A stretch of 64,000 nucleotides of DNA, taken from assembly GCA_012026785.1 (NCBI GenBank), contig VEOW01000064.1, positions 1,365 to 65,364 of the forward strand. The letters run 5' to 3'. The stretch comes from Chloroflexota bacterium. GTDB taxonomy: Bacteria; Chloroflexota; Limnocylindria; Limnocylindrales; CSP1-4. The notes beneath the pieces are model-generated. The model worked only from the letters and a program-made list of their open reading frames with translations. It did no database searches and was not told where the DNA came from. Made by a program: the position numbers and the translations under genes. Below, one piece after another: positions 44,114 to 51,843 of this stretch; position 1 is the first letter of the stretch, and every line of letters starts with the position of its first letter.

Positions 44114-45142
44114 GTGTCCACGCTCTCAGCTGCCGTCATCGCTCGCGTTCCGGCGCCGCTGCGCAGGCGGCTCCGGGCGCGGCTCGGGTTCGACCTGGCG
44201 GTCATCCTCGCCGTGGTGCTGGTCGCCTTTCGGCTGTTCGACGTCGAGCCGTGGAACTCGCCGCTGCTCGATCTCCACACCTACTGGCAGACCCGCGACG
44301 GATTCGAATACGCGCTCGACCCCTACACGATCGGGGCTTATCTCTACGCGCCGGCGTTCGCGCAGGCCCTGGCGCCGCTGACAGCCCTGCCGTGGCCGAT
44401 CTTCTCGGCGCTCTGGACCGCGCTCATCTGCCTGGCCTTGCTCTGGCTGGCCGGGCGGTGGGCGTTCCCGCTGGTGCTGACCGGGTCGGTCGCGCTCGAG
44501 ATCTTCCTCGGCCAGATCGACCTGTTCATCGCGGCGGTCATCCTGGTCGGCTTCCGCTACCCGGCCGTCTGGGCGTTCCCGCTGCTGACGAAGGTCGCGC
44601 CGGGGATCGGCTTGCTGTGGTTCGCGGTCCGGCGGGAGTGGCGCTCGCTCGCCATCGCCTTCGGTTCGACGCTCGCGGTGGCGGCGGTCTCGGCGATCCT
44701 CGCGCCCGAGGCCTGGGCCGCCTGGCTGGACCTCCTGCGGCGGAGCCTGTTCGAACGCCAGACGATCGAGGGCACCTACCTCGCGATTCCGATGGGCCTG
44801 CGGCTGCCGTTCGCGGTGCTGCTGATCATCTGGGGCGCTCGAACCGACCGCCACTGGACCGTTCCGTTCGGCGTGCTCCTGGCGATGCCGCTCCTGTGGA
44901 TCAACGTCTTCAGCCTCGCGGTGGCGGTGATCGCGCTCCGGCCCGAGTTCGGGATGACGCCGGCTCGCCGGTGGCTGCAGGCCCACGGCGTGTTGCCGGT
45001 CGAGCCGGCAGTGGCGCCGACCCCGGCGGCCGCGCCCACGTCGGATGGCCCGGCCGCCACATCCTCGAAGCGCAATGTCCGGGCCGATCGGGCGGAGCGT
45101 CCCCGTCAGCCACGACGCGCCGACGAAGCGCCCACCACCTGA
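44114..45142 (+). CDS. Short DUF2029-like polytopic membrane protein, paralogue D
   Basis: 342 aa, GTG start. It is a paralogue of 36271..37179 (see the shared block there) with a basic/proline-rich C-terminal tail. Confidence 0.7.
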   Translation: MSTLSAAVIARVPAPLRRRLRARLGFDLAVILAVVLVAFRLFDVEPWNSPLLDLHTYWQTRDGFEYALDPYTIGAYLYAPAFAQALAPLTALPWPIFSALWTALICLALLWLAGRWAFPLVLTGSVALEIFLGQIDLFIAAVILVGFRYPAVWAFPLLTKVAPGIGLLWFAVRREWRSLAIAFGSTLAVAAVSAILAPEAWAAWLDLLRRSLFERQTIEGTYLAIPMGLRLPFAVLLIIWGARTDRHWTVPFGVLLAMPLLWINVFSLAVAVIALRPEFGMTPARRWLQAHGVLPVEPAVAPTPAAAPTSDGPAATSSKRNVRADRAERPRQPRRADEAPTT

Positions 45143-45193
45143 GGGACTGGCACTAGGAGCTTGGGCCACGGGTCGCCCACCTCGGCCGCCGCC

Positions 45194-45341
45194 CTCGTAT
45201 GACCGGACTCGGCCCCGATGTTTCAGCTGTCGTCCGTGATGACCATCGTGCTCATTCGAAGCTGGCATGCCCCGTTCGTATGCACACGATGGTCATCAGC
45301 CGGAAGGATTGAATACCGCCGGCCGGAATCGGTCATACGAG
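45194..45341. repeat. Nested long-range perfect inverted repeats (12-bp outer, 14-bp inner) in an AT-richer intergenic region
   Basis: Outer arms: CTCGTATGACCG (45194-45205) and CGGTCATACGAG (45330-45341). Inner arms: TGATGACCATCGTG (45237-45250) and CACGATGGTCATCA (45285-45298). Read directly. Confidence 0.85.
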
Positions 45342-45422
45342 CGATGGACCGCGCCCTCTTTCAGGGAGTCAGGGGTGGAGGAGCCGCTCCTCGGGGGCGT
45401 CCGGCAGCCGTAGCATTCGACT

Positions 45423-46970
45423 GTGCGGATGGATCGGCTGTGGGCGTTCCTGGCGGCGATGTTGCCGGCGCTCGCGGCGCTGCTCGTGCCGATGCCGGCG
45501 GTCGATCTGGCGTATCAGCTGCGGGCCGGGAGTGAGATTCTCGGCGGCCCCGGCATTCCGACGGTCGACACCTGGACGTTCACGGTGGCCGGCACGCCGT
45601 GGCTCGATCAGCAGTGGGGCGCGCAGGTCCTCCTGCGACTGACGTTCGATGCGGTCGGCTGGACCGGCCTGGCGGTGCTGCGGGCGCTGCTGCTGTTCGT
45701 GACCTTCGGGCTCGTGTTCGGTGCCGCGCGGCGGGCGAGTGGCGGGGCCATGCCCGCCGCCTGGCTGGCGATCCTCGCCCTCGCGGCGTTCGTCGTGGCG
45801 GCCCCGGCGTTGGCGCTGCGGCCGCAGCTGTTCGCGATCGTGCTGTTCGCGATCGTGCTGTCCCTGCTGGTCGGACGGTTCGAGCGCCCGAACCGGGTCT
45901 GGCTCATCGTCCCGATCGCGCTCGCCTGGGCGAACCTCCACGGCAGCTTCCCGCTCGTGCTCGTGCTGGTCGGCCTGGCCGCGCTCGACGACGCGCTCCG
46001 GCGACGCTGGCCCGATGCGATCCAGCTGGCCGTGGTCGGGGGCGTGGCGGCCCTGGCGACGCTGGTCAACCCGTTCGGGCTCGACGTCTGGGGTTACGTG
46101 CTGAATCTCGCGTCGAATCCGACGATTGCCTCCCAGGTCAGCGAGTGGCGCCCGCCGTCACCGCGCGAAGGCGCAGGCAGCCTGTTCTACGGCTCGCTGG
46201 TCGCCTTCGGCCTCGTGGCGATCGGCGCCCTGGCGTTCGCCCGCAGATCCGGTCGTGCCACGATTCCGACCACGGCGATCGCGCCGCTGCTGACGCTCGC
46301 GGCATTCGCCGGCCTCGGCGTGATCACTGGCCGGGGGCTCGCCTGGTGGGCCCTCGCCGCGCCCGTCGCGCTCGCCTCGATCGTCGGCGTGGCCGCGGGT
46401 ACTGACGTCCGCCGGCCCGGGGATGCCTCCGTCGCCGGGCCGACATGGGTCCCAGAGGCGTTGCGCCCGATTCCCGCCACCGAGCGACCTCGAGCCCTCA
46501 ACGCAGTGATCGTCGTCGTGTTGCTCATCGCGTTCGTGGCGCTCCTGCCCTCGTGGCGTCCCGTCGGGCCGGCCGGCGTGCCGGAAGGCCTGCTCAGTCA
46601 CGCGCCGCAGGGCATCGCCGCGGCGTTCTCTGATCTAGCGGATCGGGGACGCCTGCGCCTTCGACACAACATCTGGAATCCCCAGCTCTGGGGCTCATGG
46701 CTCGAGCTGATCGTCCCGGATCGGCCGGTCGCCCTCGACTCACGCCTCGAGTTGTTCCCGCCCTCGATCTGGGCCGATGCCGAGACGATCGCCACCGGCG
46801 CGGACGGCTGGCAGGCGTTGCTCGTCCGCTACCGAGTGGGCATCGTCGTCGTGTCGGCCGACCAGACCGCGCTCAGCCAGGCCCTCGCGGCGTCCGGCCA
46901 GTGGGTCGCCCAGTACCGCGATGCGGACGGTTCGATCTGGACGCAGATCCTGCTCGAGGCCTCGCGATGA
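45423..46970 (+). CDS. Polytopic membrane protein with a C-terminal extracytoplasmic domain (putative GT-C-like)
   Basis: 515 aa. The start is GTG at 45423 or ATG at 45429 (MDRLWAFLAAML...). About 11 TM segments, a conserved-looking loop TPWLDQQWGAQVLL, and a soluble C-terminus. The function is inferred. Confidence 0.6.
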   Translation: MRMDRLWAFLAAMLPALAALLVPMPAVDLAYQLRAGSEILGGPGIPTVDTWTFTVAGTPWLDQQWGAQVLLRLTFDAVGWTGLAVLRALLLFVTFGLVFGAARRASGGAMPAAWLAILALAAFVVAAPALALRPQLFAIVLFAIVLSLLVGRFERPNRVWLIVPIALAWANLHGSFPLVLVLVGLAALDDALRRRWPDAIQLAVVGGVAALATLVNPFGLDVWGYVLNLASNPTIASQVSEWRPPSPREGAGSLFYGSLVAFGLVAIGALAFARRSGRATIPTTAIAPLLTLAAFAGLGVITGRGLAWWALAAPVALASIVGVAAGTDVRRPGDASVAGPTWVPEALRPIPATERPRALNAVIVVVLLIAFVALLPSWRPVGPAGVPEGLLSHAPQGIAAAFSDLADRGRLRLRHNIWNPQLWGSWLELIVPDRPVALDSRLELFPPSIWADAETIATGADGWQALLVRYRVGIVVVSADQTALSQALAASGQWVAQYRDADGSIWTQILLEASR

Positions 46971-46977
46971 GCGCGAG

Positions 46978-48081
46978 CTACGGTCGGTAGCTGTCCCAGT
47001 AGCGCTCGGCCCGGCCGACCCCGCCCGCGGCGCCGACCCGCGCCGCCTCGAGTCGAACCGCCGAGGCCATCTTGCGCTCGCCCCCGAAGAGCCGGTCGAG
47101 CTGGCTCTCGTAGAACGCGACGCCGCGGACCTTGCGTTCGAGCTGGTCCCCGATGTCGGCGAAGCGCGGCGTCAGGTACACGTCGGCCGGCAGGCCATCG
47201 AGCGCTCCCGCCGGCAGCTCGTCGAGCGACGAGAAGCCGTTCCACCAGCTGTATGGAAAGTCCTCGTAGAAGCTCACCTTGCCGGCCCACTCGGGCCCCG
47301 GCATGACCCATCGCTGCGGCTCCGTCATGAGGCGCAGGCCGACCGAGCGGCACAGCTGGTGGTCGACGTGGTTGCCGCCGCCGAGCGGGAAGTAGACCCG
47401 CTGGGGTTCGAGTCGAACGATCTCGCGGCGCAGGATCTCGTAGGGCGCCCCGTCGTCCGGCCGCGGCTCGCCGAGCAGCTGATCGTCGCCCTCGTAGCCG
47501 CGGAAGACCGCGTCGGGCAGGTCGAGGAAGACGATCGAGGCCTCGGCATACATCGCGTAGCGCTCGTCCTCGACGCGGCGGGACGCGACCACGTCGCCCG
47601 CCATTGCCGCGTCGACCACGTCGTCGGTGTAGACCGCGCCCTGGGTGGAGACCTCGTCGACCAGCAGCTGACCGGCCAGCGGCCGGTTTCGAATGCTCGC
47701 CCGGCGATACCACGACGCGCGCTGCCAGAACCGCTTGGCGGAGGCGTCCGCGTCGGCCTGGGTGGCCTCGAGACGATCGTCGTCGGCCGCCCATGGCGCC
47801 ACGCCGCTGCCGTCGTCGACCGGGTAGTCGGCCGCGATCGCCGAGCGGTTGAAGGCCTCGCTCGCCGGCCAGATCGTCTTGGTCCCGAACCCGAGCGCCT
47901 CGCGCTGGTAGCTGGTCAGGCCGCCGCTGCCGTTGCCCACGCCGCCGCCCGACCCGCTGCCCGACCCCGAGTAGACCGTCAGGATCGTGACGTTCTGGCC
48001 GAGCTCTCGAAGGCTGGCGATGAGGCCACCGCAGGAAAGGGCGGCGTCGTCAGGGTGGGGAGCGACGAAGACGTGGGCCAC
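46978..48081 (-). CDS. PIG-L/LmbE-family N-acetylglucosaminyl deacetylase domain protein
   Basis: Track ORF 46978..48216 trimmed to the GTG at 48081 (VAHVFVAPHPDDAALSCGGLIASL...). TATACT lies 9 nt upstream of that GTG. The start is uncertain. Confidence 0.7.
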   Translation of the reverse strand: MAHVFVAPHPDDAALSCGGLIASLRELGQNVTILTVYSGSGSGSGGGVGNGSGGLTSYQREALGFGTKTIWPASEAFNRSAIAADYPVDDGSGVAPWAADDDRLEATQADADASAKRFWQRASWYRRASIRNRPLAGQLLVDEVSTQGAVYTDDVVDAAMAGDVVASRRVEDERYAMYAEASIVFLDLPDAVFRGYEGDDQLLGEPRPDDGAPYEILRREIVRLEPQRVYFPLGGGNHVDHQLCRSVGLRLMTEPQRWVMPGPEWAGKVSFYEDFPYSWWNGFSSLDELPAGALDGLPADVYLTPRFADIGDQLERKVRGVAFYESQLDRLFGGERKMASAVRLEAARVGAAGGVGRAERYWDSYRP

Positions 48082-48328
48082 TGCCGGGCGAGTATACGAA
48101 GCGCGGGCGGGAGTGGGCGCCGCGCGGCGTCGGATGCAGGGCCCCGGTGTCCGCTCGTCATCGACCTGAACGCGCCGGTCGTTCTCATATTTCGCCCACC
48201 ATGACTGTGGAGGCATAGCTCCACGAGCTCATGCATCCACTCGCATCGCGGACGAAATATCGATGTCTTCGATGCAATGATCGCGAGGCAACGACGGGCT
48301 GACCGTCGGACAGCAATCCGGCCGCCGG

Positions 48329-48392
48329 CCGCGGCCATGACCGAGGGCTGCGACCACCCGCCGCGGCCATGCCCGACGGCTCCGGCCACCCG
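48329..48392. repeat. Tandem direct repeat, 32-nt unit x2 (CCGCGGCCATGACCGAGGGCTGCGACCACCCG / CCGCGGCCATGCCCGACGGCTCCGGCCACCCG)
   Basis: Read directly. It lies just 3' of the pcm stop codon on the minus strand. The two units differ at about 4 positions. Confidence 0.85.
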
Positions 48393-48404
48393 CCGGTGCC
48401 GCCC

Positions 48405-49106
48405 TCAGCGGCCGCCCTCCTGCCAGCCGCCCTCGCCGACGAGCGGCACGAAGACGACCGGTCCGTCCGACCACTGGGCCCAGCTCCGCTCGCCTCGCCG
48501 CTCCACCACGACGAGATCCTGCTGGTACTTCGGCCCGACCGGGATGACCAGCCGGCCGCCGACCGCGAGCTGGTCGCGCAGGGCCTCGGGCAGGGTCGGC
48601 GCCGCGGCCGTGACGATGATCCCGTCCCACGGCGCGCCCTCGGGCGCCCCGACGCTGCCGTCGCCGACCCGGATCTCGACCCCGGTGACCCCCAACCGTT
48701 CGAGCCGCTCCGTCGCCCCTGCCGCGAGCTCGGCATGCCGTTCGATCGTCAGGACGCGGGCCCCGAGGCCGGCGAGGATCGCCGCCTGGTAGCCGGAGCC
48801 GGTGCCGATCTCGAGCACCCGGTCGCCGTCATCGATCGCCAGGAGCTCCGTCATTCGAGCGACGATGTAGGGCTGGCTGATCGTCTGGCCGGCCTCGATC
48901 GGCAGCGCCCGATCGTCGTACGCGAAGGCGGCCGCCCCGGGGACGAAGAGCTCGCGTCGAACGCTCGCCATGCATTCGAGCACCCGCTCGTCGCGGACAC
49001 CGCGGCGCTCGAGCTGATCGCGGACCATCGACCGACGCTGCCGCTCCGAGGCGTCGGCCCCGCCGTCGTCCGGGGCGTCGCGCCAGCGGTTTCGAAGCCA
49101 GCGCAC
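48405..49106 (-). CDS. pcm: Protein-L-isoaspartate O-methyltransferase
   Basis: 233 aa. Motifs: QTISQPYIVARM, VLEIGTGSGYQAAILA, GGRLVIPVG. The start could be slightly internal. Confidence 0.9.
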   Translation of the reverse strand: MRWLRNRWRDAPDDGGADASERQRRSMVRDQLERRGVRDERVLECMASVRRELFVPGAAAFAYDDRALPIEAGQTISQPYIVARMTELLAIDDGDRVLEIGTGSGYQAAILAGLGARVLTIERHAELAAGATERLERLGVTGVEIRVGDGSVGAPEGAPWDGIIVTAAAPTLPEALRDQLAVGGRLVIPVGPKYQQDLVVVERRGERSWAQWSDGPVVFVPLVGEGGWQEGGR

Positions 49107-49158
49107 GGCCGCAGCATACGCGTCGGGCCCACGGCGGACGCGTCAACGGCGACGGCCG

Positions 49159-49572
49159 TCAGGTAGCGGCTGGGCTGGCCTCGGGCGTGGGTGCCGGACT
49201 GGCGACGGGGCTGGTGCCCGTGCTCGCCGGCGTCGTGGGCGACACCGCCGGGCTGCCGGACGGCAGGCCGCTCGGCGAGACGCCCGGACTGGGGCTGACG
49301 ATCGGCGCCGGCGTTCGAGGTGGCGTGAAGGCGCCGCCCTTCCCGAAGCCCGCGGCGTACAGGAAGATGCCGACGAAAACGGCGGTCGAGCCGATGACGA
49401 ACGCCGCCGCCCATCGATCTCGAATTCGAAGGGCGGGATCGATCGCGAACCCGCCACGCCTGGCCGGCGGTGCGGCCTTCGGGGCCTGGCGCGGCCGAGG
49501 GGCTGGTTCGAGCTCATCCGGCTCGGGTTCGAGCTCGTCGGCGACGGGCGCGTCGGTCCGTTGGTCGGTCAT
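49159..49572 (-). CDS. Hypothetical single-TM protein with an acidic N-terminus and a Pro/Ser/Thr-rich extracytoplasmic tail
   Basis: 137 aa with TM segment WAAAFVIGSTAVFVGIFLYAAGF and tail PSPGVSPSGLPSGSPAVSPTTPASTGTSPVASPAPTPEASP. Low complexity makes the coding call uncertain. Confidence 0.45.
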   Translation of the reverse strand: MTDQRTDAPVADELEPEPDELEPAPRPRQAPKAAPPARRGGFAIDPALRIRDRWAAAFVIGSTAVFVGIFLYAAGFGKGGAFTPPRTPAPIVSPSPGVSPSGLPSGSPAVSPTTPASTGTSPVASPAPTPEASPAAT

Positions 49573-49641
49573 CGGTTCGGGGTCGTCTCCTGGGGGCAGG
49601 GCCGTTGGCCCGCGGGACGGCGCGAGTGTACGCGAAGGGCG

Positions 49642-51744
49642 TCAGGCGTCGCGAACCGCCGGGAACAACAGCCCGGCGAGGCCGGCCGCGACCGTCACCA
49701 GGCCGAAGACCCCGATGACGGGGGCCGCCCCGAACCACTCGCCGAGGACGCCGCCGACGCCCATGGCCAGGGTCATCGAGCCGAACACGACCGAGAACCG
49801 CAGGCCCAGGACTCGACCCATGAGCTCCTGCGGGGTTCGACGCTGGAAGAGCGTCTGGCTGGGGATCACGAAGGCCAGGTTGCCAACGCCGGTCCCGAAG
49901 GCCAGGCCGATGGCGAGGTACAGGTTGCCCGTCAGCGCCAGGCCGGCGACGAGGGCCCCGGTGGTCGCGTAGCCGACGATGACCAGGCGGCCCAGGGGCA
50001 GGCGCGACCCGACGAGGCCGATCAGGAAGCCGCCGACCAGGTTGCCGGCCCCGATCGAGCCCTCGAGGAACGAGTAGACGGTCGTGTCGTCGAAGCCCAG
50101 GCCGTCGATCGAGTCGCGGGCGTAGACGGGGGTCAGGGCCAGGAAGATGCCGAGCATGAACTGGCCGGCCGTGGCCTGGAGGGTGTTGGCGAGCAGGACC
50201 CCGTCGCCGCGCAGGAACTGCCAGCCGTCACGGAGCTCCGTGCCGAATCTCGCCAACGCGGCGCGGGCGCCCGCCAGAGCCGACGTCGCCGCCTCCTTGC
50301 CGGCCTCCAGGCTGGCCTGACCGAGGCGCGCCATCGGGGCCACCGACATCGAGGCGAGGAGCAGCGCCGAGCCGATGTAGGTCACCGAATCGACCCAGAA
50401 GGCCAGCGGCAGCTGGCTGCCCAGCAGGGCCACGAACAGGCCGGCGATGACGTAGCCGCCGATGTCGGCGAACGTCTCGCCGATCCAGAGGGCCGAGTTC
50501 GCGGCCACCAGGTCGTCCGAGGCGACCATCCGCGGGACGATCGCGCCCTTGGCCGGCCGGAAGAAGATCGAGATGGTGGTGAGCAGGAAGACGAGCGGAT
50601 AGACGAGGACGAGGTTGGTCACCGCGGCGATCGGGATGAGGAGGACGACCCCCGCGCGGAGCAGGTCGCTGACGATCATCACCTCGCGGTGGTCCCAGCG
50701 ATCGACGAGCGTCCCCGCGATCGGGCCGACGAGGAGGTTCGGCAGGGTCGCGACGAGGAACACCGCGCCGACGGCGATCGGGGAGTTGGTGGCGTTGAGG
50801 ACGAGGAATGCCAGGGCGACCTGGTGGATCCGATCGCCGACGAGGCTGATGAGCTGGCCGAACCACAGGGCCGAGAACGACGAGTCGAGGGCGAGCCGGA
50901 CGTACGGGTGGCGCCGGACGCGTTCGAGGATCGGGGGGACGCCGGGGATGGCGACGGTTCGGGGGGCCGGCAGGGAGCCCTCGGCACGGAGTGAGGCGCC
51001 GCCGAGAACGAGCGGCCGCTCGAGGGCCGCGGCCCGGACCAGCGCCGTGTCGGCACTCGGGTCGCTGAGTGCGCCAGCTTCCGCGCCCGCCTCCGCGCCG
51101 GCCCCGGCGAGCGCCGGCTCGAGGGGAGTGCCGATGGTCGCGACGCGCCGTCGGATCGCCTCCTTCGTCGCCTCATCGAGCTCGGTCTGGTGTCGAACGG
51201 TAACCGCGAACAGGAAGAACGCCAGGCCGGCCGCCAGGAACAGGTCGCCGATGCTGGCGACGTTGCGCAGGAACGGGATCGGGATCGGGATGATGTCGCC
51301 GAGCGGGCCGGCGAGGGCCAGGAAGTCGCCCGAGATGCCGCCTTCCGCGGCCAACCCGACGATTCGATGGAAGGGCGTCGCGAAGACCTCGTTGCCGAGC
51401 CCCGCCGCCTCGATGCTGGGCGCCCAGACCGGCATCGCGCCGCCGTTGGTGACCACCGCGACGGCGTTCATCAGGATGCCCACGAAGGCCAGCGGAAGGC
51501 CGGGCTGCTCGCGGTTCACCCACAGCCCGATGAGCAGCAGTGCGAAGCCACTGGCGAAGAGCGGCAGGCGCAATGCCTCGGCCGGGTCGATGCCGGCCTC
51601 GATCGCGACTTGGGTGGCGAATCGGAGGATGAGGCCCAGGAACAGCAGCTGGACGAGCCGCAGCCGCACGCTGGCGAGGTTGTCGAGGCGGCCCCCGGCG
51701 AGCAGGCCCAGCACGAGGCCTGCGGCGAGGCTCAGGATCAGCAC
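49642..51744 (-). CDS. Fusion protein: N-terminal DUF5317-like membrane module + C-terminal MFS transporter (EntS/MFS_3-like)
   Basis: 700 aa. Residues 1 to ~190 are MLILSLAAGLVLGLLAGGRLDNLASVRLRLVQLLFLGLILRF...GDIIPIPIPFLRNVASIGDLFLAAGLAFFLF, which follows the DUF5317 pattern as I recall it. An Ala/Gly/Glu-rich linker comes next. The 12-TM MFS part starts at WFGQLISLVGDRIHQVALAFLVL...TLVDRWDHREVMIVSDLLRAG. Confidence 0.75.
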   Translation of the reverse strand: MLILSLAAGLVLGLLAGGRLDNLASVRLRLVQLLFLGLILRFATQVAIEAGIDPAEALRLPLFASGFALLLIGLWVNREQPGLPLAFVGILMNAVAVVTNGGAMPVWAPSIEAAGLGNEVFATPFHRIVGLAAEGGISGDFLALAGPLGDIIPIPIPFLRNVASIGDLFLAAGLAFFLFAVTVRHQTELDEATKEAIRRRVATIGTPLEPALAGAGAEAGAEAGALSDPSADTALVRAAALERPLVLGGASLRAEGSLPAPRTVAIPGVPPILERVRRHPYVRLALDSSFSALWFGQLISLVGDRIHQVALAFLVLNATNSPIAVGAVFLVATLPNLLVGPIAGTLVDRWDHREVMIVSDLLRAGVVLLIPIAAVTNLVLVYPLVFLLTTISIFFRPAKGAIVPRMVASDDLVAANSALWIGETFADIGGYVIAGLFVALLGSQLPLAFWVDSVTYIGSALLLASMSVAPMARLGQASLEAGKEAATSALAGARAALARFGTELRDGWQFLRGDGVLLANTLQATAGQFMLGIFLALTPVYARDSIDGLGFDDTTVYSFLEGSIGAGNLVGGFLIGLVGSRLPLGRLVIVGYATTGALVAGLALTGNLYLAIGLAFGTGVGNLAFVIPSQTLFQRRTPQELMGRVLGLRFSVVFGSMTLAMGVGGVLGEWFGAAPVIGVFGLVTVAAGLAGLLFPAVRDA

Positions 51745-51843
51745 GGGCTCAGCTCGTCTTCCATCCCGTGCTGATTCTCACGCCGCGACGGGCATCGCCG
51801 CTCGTGATTCGTGACGTGGGCGGCCGCGTCCTCCGCGGCCGGC

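Noticed and set aside
45218-45535. ORF 45218-45535 (105 aa) starting inside the nested-repeat element.
   Set aside because: It has no RBS, runs out of frame through the start of the 45423 membrane-protein gene, and its second half is Gly/Ala/Arg low-complexity sequence. The region is better explained as a non-coding structured element.
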